Virus record (IMG/VR): IMGVR_UViG_3300037422_000199
Span: 1-48,773 of that record
Length of the DNA: 48,773 nucleotides
Source of the DNA: a virus
Taxonomy: Duplodnaviria > Caudoviricetes
Direction: 5' to 3' (one strand)
In this document: in pieces, positions 8,348 through 16,172 of the stretch
Position numbering within the stretch: position 1 is the stretch's first letter
Layout of the letters: every line of letters begins with the position of its first letter
Notes under the pieces: generated by a model
What the model was told of the DNA's origin: nothing
Database searches by the model: none
Seen by the model: only the letters and a program-made list of their open reading frames with translations
Program-made: the position numbers and the translations under genes

Positions 8348-8562
8348 GCATCCGCGACGAGCTTGTAGCCGGCACGGCTACCGGCTGCAAGCTCTGCGCG
8401 TTCATCAGCGTCCAGGACGAGGACGCCCAAGGTGAGTGGCGCGCCGCCCTCGCCCTGCCAGTCAAGGTCGTAGGGAACCTCTCCGTCGTTCGGGCTCTAG
8501 CCCGCCGGGGCCTCGCCATCGACGAGGCGTCTGTCCGACGGCATCGCCGCCACGACGCATGA
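8344..8562 (+). CDS. Small CxxC...HxxH Zn-finger/HTH-like protein
   Basis: GCKLC...SVRRHRRH. Confidence 0.65.
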   Translation: MSIRDELVAGTATGCKLCAFISVQDEDAQGEWRAALALPVKVVGNLSVVRALARRGLAIDEASVRRHRRHDA

Positions 8563-8795
8563 CTGCCCACAGGGGGGCAGACCCTGACGGCCAGCCTCTC
8601 TTCATCCCCGTCTCCGGCCCAGCAGGCCACAGCCCCGACCCGCAGCTCGCGCACCCCTCCACCCTCTCGGCCGGCAATGGCTTCATGCCGCATAGACACC
8701 TCATCCTGGAGGACGAGCCTGTCGAGGTGAAGCAGCGGGTGGCCGCACACATGGACCGCTACCACGGGACGCGTGACCTACGGTTCCTTCCATGA
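8559..8795 (+). CDS. Hypothetical protein
   Basis: ATGA overlaps at both ends. Confidence 0.45.
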   Translation: MTAHRGADPDGQPLFIPVSGPAGHSPDPQLAHPSTLSAGNGFMPHRHLILEDEPVEVKQRVAAHMDRYHGTRDLRFLP

Positions 8796-9052
8796 CGCCG
8801 TCCCTCGAAGAGGTGCGTGTCGTCGCGTCGGCGGCCCTCGCCCTGATGATGGTCGGAGCCCTGGCCCTGTGGCGACTGCCCGGTGAGTGCGTGTGCCGGC
8901 AGTGCTCGTTCCACAGGCGGGAACGTGAGGAGCGAGCAGAGGCCGACCGCCTGAGACGCCACCGCGAGCTGCACCGCACCTACAACATCCCGTGGGAGAA
9001 GGGGCGCTGTAGCGTCTGTGAGGGGGGAGGGCTTGGCGACAAGCCTGACTGA
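8792..9052 (+). CDS. Membrane-anchored Cys-rich small protein, last gene of the + arm
   Basis: N-terminal TM; ECVCRQC..H; H...CSVC. Confidence 0.6.
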   Translation: MTPSLEEVRVVASAALALMMVGALALWRLPGECVCRQCSFHRREREERAEADRLRRHRELHRTYNIPWEKGRCSVCEGGGLGDKPD

Positions 9053-9338
9053 GCGCCTCGCCGAGGAGTCGAACCCCGGTCGAGGCCTGCCTGTGGTGGA
9101 CCTGGTCGGGAGCTGCCCCCGACGTTTCCGGAGCCCAGGGGGTCGGCGGCCGTACCGTACCTCCCGCCTGCGGCCCCGCGTTCTACGCAGGCCCAAGTGT
9201 GCCCGCTTACTCGCTACGGGGTCCTAACGCGGCGCCTCATTGGGGGTCAACAGGCTGGACGGAGCTGGCACTTCCAGTACCCTAGCCCCAAGGCATGACC
9301 GTCGGACAGATGCCCCACCCGGGCCAGCGAGGTGTGGG
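9050..9338 (-). ncRNA. Candidate structured RNA (~290 nt) with tRNA-like ends
   Basis: T-arm CGGGG-TTCGACT-CCTCG; 5' ACCTCGC pairs with 3' GCGAGGC; several internal stems; upstream extended -10; intergenic. Confidence 0.6.
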
Positions 9339-9342
9339 ACGC

Positions 9343-10077
9343 TTAGTATACCACGTCCTCGTCAAGGCCGTCGAGCAGGAGCAGCCAGCCCGCCTGCGTG
9401 ACAAGACGCAACTCCTCCCACCTATCGTCGAGGACCCAGCGCGGGGCGCGTCCGCCGTCATCGGAGACGCCCCCCGCTCGGCCGTAGAGGACCGTGACTA
9501 TGCCACCACCAGAGACCTGGAACGTGACCTCCGGCCCGCCCTCCCCGCTTCGCTCGTAGACGACGGTGACGATGCCGCCGCCGGTGAGGGCGGCGGATAC
9601 GAGGGCGGCCTTCAGCGTGGCCGGAGTAATGACGCCACCGCCAGTGAGGGCGAGGGTGGCCAGGGCCTCCTTCGTGGCCGTGACCGTGACTACGCCGCCG
9701 CCCGCTATCCCCAGGGTAGAGAGGGCCGCCTTCAGCCATGAGGCCGTGACAACTCCGCCGCCCGTCAGCGCCTGCGTCGTCAGCGCATCCTTCAACGCGC
9801 TGAGTGCTACGATGCCCCCACCCGTCAGCGCCTGCGTCGTCAGCGCATCCTTCAACGCGCTGAGTGCTACGATGCCCCCACCCGTCAGCGCCTGCGTCAG
9901 ACTGTGGTCCGCCGTAAGCGAGACGGCGACCACGCCTCCTCCGGTCAGGGTGGGAGTGGCGTTGTGGGAGGCCGACGTCTGGAATGAGACGGCGCCCCCG
10001 CCCGTCAGGGCGAAGGTAGCGTCCCGGTTGTCAACCTGGCTGTGTGGGTACCCGAAGAACGGGCGATAGGTAGGCAT
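9343..10077 (-). CDS. Repetitive minor tail/fibre protein
   Basis: About 20-aa ALTGGG repeats; end of the structural operon. Confidence 0.75.
   Translation of the reverse strand: MPTYRPFFGYPHSQVDNRDATFALTGGGAVSFQTSASHNATPTLTGGGVVAVSLTADHSLTQALTGGGIVALSALKDALTTQALTGGGIVALSALKDALTTQALTGGGVVTASWLKAALSTLGIAGGGVVTVTATKEALATLALTGGGVITPATLKAALVSAALTGGGIVTVVYERSGEGGPEVTFQVSGGGIVTVLYGRAGGVSDDGGRAPRWVLDDRWEELRLVTQAGWLLLLDGLDEDVVY
9345..9353 (-). promoter_or_regulatory. Extended -10 TGgTATACT for the candidate ncRNA
   Basis: Near-consensus; overlaps the last codons and stop of the upstream gene. Confidence 0.55.
9761..9898. repeat. Exact 60-bp tandem repeat (2.3 copies) within the fibre gene
   Basis: 9761-9820 = 9821-9880, partial third copy. 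Confidence 0.9.
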
Positions 10078-10085
10078 GGCCTACC

Positions 10086-10400
10086 CTACTGGGTGGTCGG
10101 GATGCTGATGACGATGTCGGCCCACTCCTTCGGGGCGGTCTGGTCCACGCCGACGAGGGTGATAACGTCGCCGTTCATCTCCGACGCTGAGAGGGTGATG
10201 AGGACGAGGACCGTCGAGGACGGGCTAACCGATGGCGTCGTGGCCAGGTTGGCGAGTGACGCCCCGTCCACGGCCACCTTGAAGTCGCCCGACGCGATAG
10301 TGGGGTTGGACTTGAAGTTGCCGGGGTTCGCGTAGTCCTCCAGCGCGATACGAATGAGGAAGTCCTCGTTCTTCTTCGGCGGGTTGTACGGAGCGGCCAT
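10086..10400 (-). CDS. Small beta-sandwich tail/baseplate-associated protein
   Basis: NPTIASGDFKVAVDG..LANLAT.P...LSASEMN pattern common at phage fibre loci. Confidence 0.7.
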   Translation of the reverse strand: MAAPYNPPKKNEDFLIRIALEDYANPGNFKSNPTIASGDFKVAVDGASLANLATTPSVSPSSTVLVLITLSASEMNGDVITLVGVDQTAPKEWADIVISIPTTQ

Positions 10401-10401
10401 G

Positions 10402-11589
10402 CTATATCCCTATCTGGTAGTTGGCGTGGGGGACGGTGTGGTCGAGCAGGAGCCGCAGTTCGTCGATTGTCGTGTCGTGGTAGTAGGCCAGCCGCAGCGG
10501 ACTCCGGTAGGCGCGCGGTATCGAGGCCATCCACTTGGGGGCTACCGTGGTCGGCAGGACCGACAACTTGGTCTCCGCCCCCCAGGTGGAGCCCTGGTCC
10601 TTCGACACCTTGTAGTAGATGTTGAGGGCCGTCGAGTACGTCTCACCGCCGGACGTTATGCCCGCGTAGAACACGTACCACCAGCCGGTGTTCAGGTCGA
10701 GCGTGACCGCGCAGAGTCCCTGGTCGTCCGTCGAGTTGGTTACCACATCGGTCTTGGCCGTGATGGCCCCGGAGTCCACGGTCCAGCACCGGAGGTCGGC
10801 GTTCAGGGTGTCCACGCCAGACCACGCCACGAGGATGTGGTTCGTATTGGAGATGTCCGGGGCCACGGCGAAGTGAGGGAAGGCGGTTGTGGCAACCTGG
10901 TCCACCATGGACGTGGCGATGCTCGTCTCGCTCCACGAGTTGCCGGAGTCGTCGTAGAGCTTGCGGCTGACCTCGTCGGCGCTCGCGTCCCAGAAGATTG
11001 CCAGCATGTCCTGATTGTCCGCCGCGTCGAAGTCGGGCAGCAGTATCATCTGGTCGGTCGTGGCGAGCGTCTCGTCCACCGTGCGGGCTGCGTCCCAGGC
11101 GCCGTTGGGGACATTCGCGTTCAGGAGCCGGTAGAACCCGCCCTCGGCCCCGGCGTCAATCATCGTCTTGCAGTAGACGTTGCCCCCGACGGCCCGCGAG
11201 ATAGACAGGCACTTGCCGGACGCCTGCGAGGCCCCGGCGAAGATGGTTGTCTGCGTCGAGAGGGAGTCGTCGGCTGTGTTCAGCGTCCGGTACAGGGTGT
11301 CCGAGCCGCCCGACTCGGTGTAGGCCATATGGATGCGGTCGGCGGCTATGTTCGACCAGCGGTCGTACCAGATAGACAGGGCGACGGTTGTGCCGGTGAA
11401 CACGGACACGGCGGTGCCCCACGACAGGCCGCCGTCCGTGGACTTCTTGTACATCACGTCGGAGCCGGAGTCGTTGTAGACCATGTACAGGTTGCCGCTG
11501 GGGGTCTCAACGATGTAGTTGGTCCCCGCCCCGTTCCAGTGGGCGACGACCGGCTGCCCGGCGACCAGGACATCAGCGACGCGGGGCAT
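10402..11589 (-). CDS. BNR/Asp-box (sialidase-like) beta-propeller virion protein
   Basis: KKSTDGGLSW and KVSKDQGSTW Asp-boxes. Confidence 0.75.
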   Translation of the reverse strand: MPRVADVLVAGQPVVAHWNGAGTNYIVETPSGNLYMVYNDSGSDVMYKKSTDGGLSWGTAVSVFTGTTVALSIWYDRWSNIAADRIHMAYTESGGSDTLYRTLNTADDSLSTQTTIFAGASQASGKCLSISRAVGGNVYCKTMIDAGAEGGFYRLLNANVPNGAWDAARTVDETLATTDQMILLPDFDAADNQDMLAIFWDASADEVSRKLYDDSGNSWSETSIATSMVDQVATTAFPHFAVAPDISNTNHILVAWSGVDTLNADLRCWTVDSGAITAKTDVVTNSTDDQGLCAVTLDLNTGWWYVFYAGITSGGETYSTALNIYYKVSKDQGSTWGAETKLSVLPTTVAPKWMASIPRAYRSPLRLAYYHDTTIDELRLLLDHTVPHANYQIGI

Positions 11590-11592
11590 GGC

Positions 11593-11958
11593 TTAGGCGT
11601 CGTTCAGGTCGATGGTCGTGGCGGCCTTGACGGTGTACGTCCCCTGCGCCCCGAACACCTCGTCCGTGACGTCCTTCTTGAAGAACCGCTGCGTGCCGGC
11701 CGTATTCCAGCCGCTTACCCAGGCGACGGTCGTCGCCGGGACGTCGAAGACGACGTCGGCCGTCAGCGACGCGGACCCGCCCGAAGCGGCGTTGAAGGCG
11801 ACCGCCTTCCGCGCGTACGCTGGTGACCCTCCCGAGACCTCGTTGTTCGCGGTATCGGCCCCGCCGGGGTCGCCCGTATGGAGCGCCAGTCGAGTTATCT
11901 GTGCGGCGATAGCGTCAACGCCGACGTTCCTTGCTCGCGTATCCCAGTCGTTCGCCAT
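11593..11958 (-). CDS. Minor tail / fibre-associated protein
   Basis: LALHTGDPG...NEVSGGSPAYAR..V.F...VFDVP motif of high-GC phage minor tail proteins. Confidence 0.8.
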   Translation of the reverse strand: MANDWDTRARNVGVDAIAAQITRLALHTGDPGGADTANNEVSGGSPAYARKAVAFNAASGGSASLTADVVFDVPATTVAWVSGWNTAGTQRFFKKDVTDEVFGAQGTYTVKAATTIDLNDA

Positions 11959-12455
11959 CAGGCAATCTCCGTGTGGGTGGGCCAGCCGTTCTCATTGTAG
12001 ACCAGCCGCTCGAACTGCTCCGTCCCGTCGCTGAAGATGGTGCGGGCACCCTCCAGGATGCCACGCTCATTGTACACCGCCTGACGGCCAACGCGGCGCG
12101 GAGCGGACCAGCCGTCCTTGCCGTCCCTGCCGTCCTTGCCGTCCCTGCCGTCGCGCCCGGGTGGCCCCGCCTCACCCCGCAGGCCGGTCAGGCCTTGTGG
12201 CCCTCTCTCGCCCGGCGCGCCCGGCAGCCCGTCCTGGCCGTCGCGACCGTCCTTGCCGGCGGCTCCGCGCTCGCCGGGCGGGCCGCTGGCCCCCGGTTCA
12301 CCCTGGGGACCCTGGGGTCCCCGCGAGTGCCGCCCGATGGCCTCACCCAGTGCTTCAAGGTAGGCCCTCTCGGCGCCCTCAGCCGCCGACCTCCGGGCTT
12401 CCTCCTCGCGTCGGCGCTGGTCGCGCGCTACCCGCTCAGGGGACCAGTACGTCAC
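11958..12455 (-). CDS. Collagen-like (Gly-X-Y) protein
   Basis: Uninterrupted GXY triplets GPQGPQGEPG...GKDGRDGKDG. Confidence 0.8.
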   Translation of the reverse strand: MTYWSPERVARDQRRREEEARRSAAEGAERAYLEALGEAIGRHSRGPQGPQGEPGASGPPGERGAAGKDGRDGQDGLPGAPGERGPQGLTGLRGEAGPPGRDGRDGKDGRDGKDGWSAPRRVGRQAVYNERGILEGARTIFSDGTEQFERLVYNENGWPTHTEIA

Positions 12456-13411
12456 AGCCCCAGCACCCCGCGCACCCGGGCCTGCTCGGCCTTGACGGCC
12501 GTGTCAACGGCCTGCTCCTGAGCGACGGCGTCGGCCGCCTTCTGCGCGGCGACGGCCGCGTCCTGCGTCGCCTTCGTGTAGCCGTCATTAGCCGTCGGCG
12601 CCGAGAGGCTGACGATGTTGTCCTTGGCCGTGAACTCCCAGCGTCCGTTCTTCCACCAGGTGTACCAGACGTCAGACCCATTGATTGGGTCCACGTCCCC
12701 CTTGACGGTGCCGGCCAGGGTGACGGGCTCGCCGGCCGACGTCGGCGTCGTGCGCAGCTTCGTAGAGGCCGTGATGATGGGCGCAGAGCGGATGTTTGAC
12801 TGGGGTTTGACCAGGGCCGTATAGCCCGGGATGTAGGTCGTCAGCGCTGGCATGTCGCCTCCTGCGGGTGTGGGGTCGGGGAGCATGGCCTTGACCAGGT
12901 GCGTACCGGCGAAGGCCGTGACGAACGCCTTCAGCTCCGCCTTCGTCACCCATATGCCATTGTAGCCCACGTTAGCCGGCGCCTCGGGGTCGCACCACCA
13001 GACGCGGTCGGTCGCGTCGAGGCGGATACACATGACGGCATGTCCGCCGTCGAAGTTCCGGTCGTACTTGCTGAGCCGATGGTCAGGCCCGAACGCCCTC
13101 ATCGAGCCCTGGACCATTGCGCACGTGCCGGGGTCAAGGGCTGCCCAAAGGGCCGCAAACCCGGAGACTGCGGAGACTACGGTCCGGGAATAGCGAACCC
13201 GGATGCCACGCCGGAGGTCCTCGGTGTTAGAGCCGCCAGTAGCGGGTTCGCCGCTGGCAGCCCGAAGCCTCTGCGCCTCGGTGTGCGTGGCGGGCCTGGT
13301 GGGGTCGTAGACCAGGCGGTACCACTCCAGGCCGGAGTCCCAAGTGCAGTCTTCCCAGGAGCCGTCCGGCTCGCGCTCAGAGATGTGGACGTGGTTCTTG
13401 GGGAGCGTCAC
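12452..13411 (-). CDS. Endolysin candidate: papain/C39-like cysteine peptidase plus SH3-like domain
   Basis: WEDCTW (Cys), GGHAVM (His), WWCDP (Asp); NIRSAP SH3-like region. Confidence 0.7.
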   Translation of the reverse strand: MTLPKNHVHISEREPDGSWEDCTWDSGLEWYRLVYDPTRPATHTEAQRLRAASGEPATGGSNTEDLRRGIRVRYSRTVVSAVSGFAALWAALDPGTCAMVQGSMRAFGPDHRLSKYDRNFDGGHAVMCIRLDATDRVWWCDPEAPANVGYNGIWVTKAELKAFVTAFAGTHLVKAMLPDPTPAGGDMPALTTYIPGYTALVKPQSNIRSAPIITASTKLRTTPTSAGEPVTLAGTVKGDVDPINGSDVWYTWWKNGRWEFTAKDNIVSLSAPTANDGYTKATQDAAVAAQKAADAVAQEQAVDTAVKAEQARVRGVLGL

Positions 13412-13659
13412 GGCACGAGAGTCGTGCGCGAGAGGAACCAGACGACGACGGGCCAGGCCGCCATGCCCGCCAGGAAGAGCCCCTTCAGGGTGCGTCGCTC
13501 CGTCTTCGCTACGAGCTGCTCGTCCTCAACCTTGCGGACTCGCCCGTTCATAACGTCCAGGCGTGCGTCGAGGCGCATGAGCATCTGTCGCTGCGTCAAG
13601 GCGACGGGGTCAGCCAGGAGTAGGGTGTCCTTGTCGTTTGGGGTTGCTCTCTCGACCAT
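13408..13659 (-). CDS. Coiled-coil plus C-terminal TM protein (holin/XhlA-like)
   Basis: LDVMNGRVRKVE then a hydrophobic helix; next to the endolysin. Confidence 0.6.
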   Translation of the reverse strand: MVERATPNDKDTLLLADPVALTQRQMLMRLDARLDVMNGRVRKVEDEQLVAKTERRTLKGLFLAGMAAWPVVVWFLSRTTLVP

Positions 13660-14306
13660 CAGAGTCCACCGGTCAGCGGCGCCACTTCGCCGTGCCTATC
13701 ATTGTAGAACCCGCGAGCCTCGTATGGGTCTATGAAGCCAGCCGGGAGTAGGTTCGTGTCAAGGTCGCGGGGCGGGACCGGCCTCCTGCGCGGAGGCTTC
13801 ACGGGTTCTGCCGGCAGGGGTGGCAGTCCCAGGATGGTGGACCAGACCGCTACGAGCTTGTTCAGCCAGGGCTCGCCGTGCGGTGCGCCGTAGTGTGTCG
13901 CGCTCCACTTCGACATCGCCAGGGCGGTCAGGAAGTCGAGGGCCTGCTGCTGCATCCCCTTCTGCGTCTGGTCGTTTGCGCGGCGGAGCGCCTTGACGAC
14001 CTTGTCGTAGCCCCGGTAGTCGCCCGGCTTGGCCGACAGGAGCAGCGCTGCCGTGGCCTTCGCCGCCAGGTCGAGCGTCTTGAACGTGGCGAACCGGCCG
14101 TTCTTGCCGATGCGGAACCCAGTCTCGTACTTCGAGTGGCGGATGTTGAAGACGTTGTTACCGATGTACGTCTTCCCGGACTCGCGTCGCATCCAGGCGA
14201 TGACGGCCGTGACCAGGAAGACGTTCGAGACGTCAGCCCCGATGTGCTTCAGGAAGGCCTCGGCGAAGCGGCGCTCCTTGACGGTGGCGATGCCCTTCTT
14301 CGCCAT
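13659..14306 (-). CDS. Lysozyme-fold cell-wall hydrolase (glucosaminidase/GH73-like)
   Basis: AWMRRESG...NNVFNIR...FATFKTLD...HY. Confidence 0.6.
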   Translation of the reverse strand: MAKKGIATVKERRFAEAFLKHIGADVSNVFLVTAVIAWMRRESGKTYIGNNVFNIRHSKYETGFRIGKNGRFATFKTLDLAAKATAALLLSAKPGDYRGYDKVVKALRRANDQTQKGMQQQALDFLTALAMSKWSATHYGAPHGEPWLNKLVAVWSTILGLPPLPAEPVKPPRRRPVPPRDLDTNLLPAGFIDPYEARGFYNDRHGEVAPLTGGL

Positions 14307-14785
14307 CAGGGCGCCTCATACCACGCGCCCAGCGCGCGAATGTAGATGACGGCAGTGCCTGCGGCCCACTGGACCCCGTACTTGAACTGCGTGTTGCCCT
14401 TGCCGCCGGTGCGTATCGTCGCCCTCATGTTCTTGTAGTTGCCGATGTCTACCCCGCCATACGCACCGAAGTGGCAGCCTCCCTCGGCGGCCCCGATGGC
14501 CAGCGGACAGTCGAAGTCGTGGACGTACAGCGCCATCGCCGAGTTCGAAGTGTCATTCCTGGCCCACATCATCAGCTCCAGCGCCCTCAGCGTCCCCCCG
14601 GGTGGCAGGTTCCGGCCCGGTGCAACATGGTCGTCAAGGTCGAGGATGGCGGGAGTGTAGGTCGTGTTCAGGTCTGCCGTGTGACTTTCGCCCTCTTTGA
14701 TAGAGATGTACGAGGCAAAGGGAACGTAGACCAGCGACCGCGCACGGCTGCCGCGCGTAAGCGCTCGAAGCGCGCCCTTGTTCAT
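14306..14785 (-). CDS. Receptor-binding-like beta protein, paralog 3
   Basis: MNKGALRA...TGGKGNTQFKY...IRALGAW. Confidence 0.75.
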   Translation of the reverse strand: MNKGALRALTRGSRARSLVYVPFASYISIKEGESHTADLNTTYTPAILDLDDHVAPGRNLPPGGTLRALELMMWARNDTSNSAMALYVHDFDCPLAIGAAEGGCHFGAYGGVDIGNYKNMRATIRTGGKGNTQFKYGVQWAAGTAVIYIRALGAWYEAP

Positions 14786-15303
14786 CAGTCAGCCCTCGTC
14801 CAGTAGCCCATGATGCGGATGTAGAACGTGGTGGTCGAGGACCCCGGCACACTGGAGATGCCGTACTTGAACTGGGTGTTGTTCTTGCCGCCCGTGTAGA
14901 TGCGCTCGAAGGTGTTCACGCCGTGGTGGCCCGCGACGTGCCCGCTGTACGTATGCCAGCCATGATGCCCGTCGCCCGAGTCCACGGCCACCCCGAGCGC
15001 GCGGGGATTGTCGTAGTCCATCAGCTCCATGACCGTCGCGTCCGAGCCCACGGTCGAGCGGTGCCAGACGTGGACCATGACGGCGACCACGCTCCCGTCG
15101 GCCGGGATGCCGTTTACTCCGGCTACGTCGTCGGTCAAGGTCATCGTCCGGTCGGCCGTAACGGTGCTCCCGTCAGGCACGGCTTGCACGTAGGTGGAGG
15201 GGTCGGCTAGGCGGTTGAAGACCAGGTCGCCGATGTAGCGCGGGCGGGGCATGAGGTTCTGGCGGACATGTCCCCGGAGCCCAGCACGCAGGCCGCCATT
15301 CAT
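14785..15303 (-). CDS. Receptor-binding-like beta protein, paralog 2
   Basis: MNGGLRA...GIPADGSV...TGGKNNTQFKY...IRIMGYW. Confidence 0.75.
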   Translation of the reverse strand: MNGGLRAGLRGHVRQNLMPRPRYIGDLVFNRLADPSTYVQAVPDGSTVTADRTMTLTDDVAGVNGIPADGSVVAVMVHVWHRSTVGSDATVMELMDYDNPRALGVAVDSGDGHHGWHTYSGHVAGHHGVNTFERIYTGGKNNTQFKYGISSVPGSSTTTFYIRIMGYWTRAD

Positions 15304-15761
15304 CAGTCAGCCTCCACCCAGTAGCCGACGACGCGGAAGTGGTAGGTCGTCGTCCCCGAAGCCCAGGTCACCGAGTACCGGAACTGGGTGTTGTACAGGC
15401 CGCCAGTGATGACCATGCCGATGTTTGACTCGTTGATGCCCGAGACCTTGCCGTGGTAGCACTCGACGCGCGGCCAACCTCCGTCATAGGAGAGCGCCGT
15501 GATGACGCTGGACGCCACTGTCGTGTTGCGCGCGATGCAGAGCACACGGAAGGCCCGCACGCTGCCGTCGATGGGGATGCCATTGCGCCCACCGATGGCG
15601 GGCGTGACGGTCGAGGAGATGCTGGCACTGGTCGTAGCGCCGTCCAGGCCCGACGGCGCGCAGTAGTAGGTCGTGTCCGCCGGGCCGCGCGTGACCGGGA
15701 TGTAGACCCACGGCTTCCTGCGCGCACCCCTCCCGAAGGCCCTCAGCGCACCCTTGTTCAC
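15303..15761 (-). CDS. Receptor-binding-like beta protein, paralog 1
   Basis: MNKGALRA...GIPIDGSV...TGGLYNTQFRY...FRVVGYW. Confidence 0.75.
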   Translation of the reverse strand: MNKGALRAFGRGARRKPWVYIPVTRGPADTTYYCAPSGLDGATTSASISSTVTPAIGGRNGIPIDGSVRAFRVLCIARNTTVASSVITALSYDGGWPRVECYHGKVSGINESNIGMVITGGLYNTQFRYSVTWASGTTTYHFRVVGYWVEAD

Positions 15762-15773
15762 GGGGCGCCTCCC

Positions 15774-16160
15774 CTAGAAGTCGCCGCCGAAGGCATGCAC
15801 CTTGATGAGCTGGGACGCGACCTGCGACGTGACGCGCAGGGACTCCCCGGCCTTCAGGATGAGGTTGTCAAAGGTGCGCTCTGTGCGGTAGGCGGCGGCG
15901 GTCGTGCTTGCCGTGACGGCCGTAACGGCCTCCTCATAGAAGTCGTGGTAGGTCGAGCCGTCGTAGATGAACACGACGACGACCCCCGCAACCGTCGTGC
16001 CCGTGCCCTCGAACACGAGGCTCTCAATCTTGGTGCCGCTGCTGCCGGCCGTCAGGAGGGTGACGTACGTGGAGGGAGCAGTGCGCGACGTGTCGGCCGT
16101 TGACGAGACGGAGACCGCCTCGTGACGGGGGGTGGAGGCGAAGACGGGGTCTGCAGCCAT
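15774..16160 (-). CDS. Small tail-fibre-associated beta protein
   Basis: AGGAG RBS; TLLTAGSSGTKIE...L.LKAGESLRV...FGGDF. Confidence 0.75.
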   Translation of the reverse strand: MAADPVFASTPRHEAVSVSSTADTSRTAPSTYVTLLTAGSSGTKIESLVFEGTGTTVAGVVVVFIYDGSTYHDFYEEAVTAVTASTTAAAYRTERTFDNLILKAGESLRVTSQVASQLIKVHAFGGDF

Positions 16161-16172
16161 GGTACTCCTATC

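Noticed and set aside
9050-9338. Canonical tRNA or tmRNA gene
   Set aside because: No anticodon arm at the proper distance, no encoded CCA, no GGGG 5' end or G3:U70 pair; kept only as a tRNA-like ncRNA candidate
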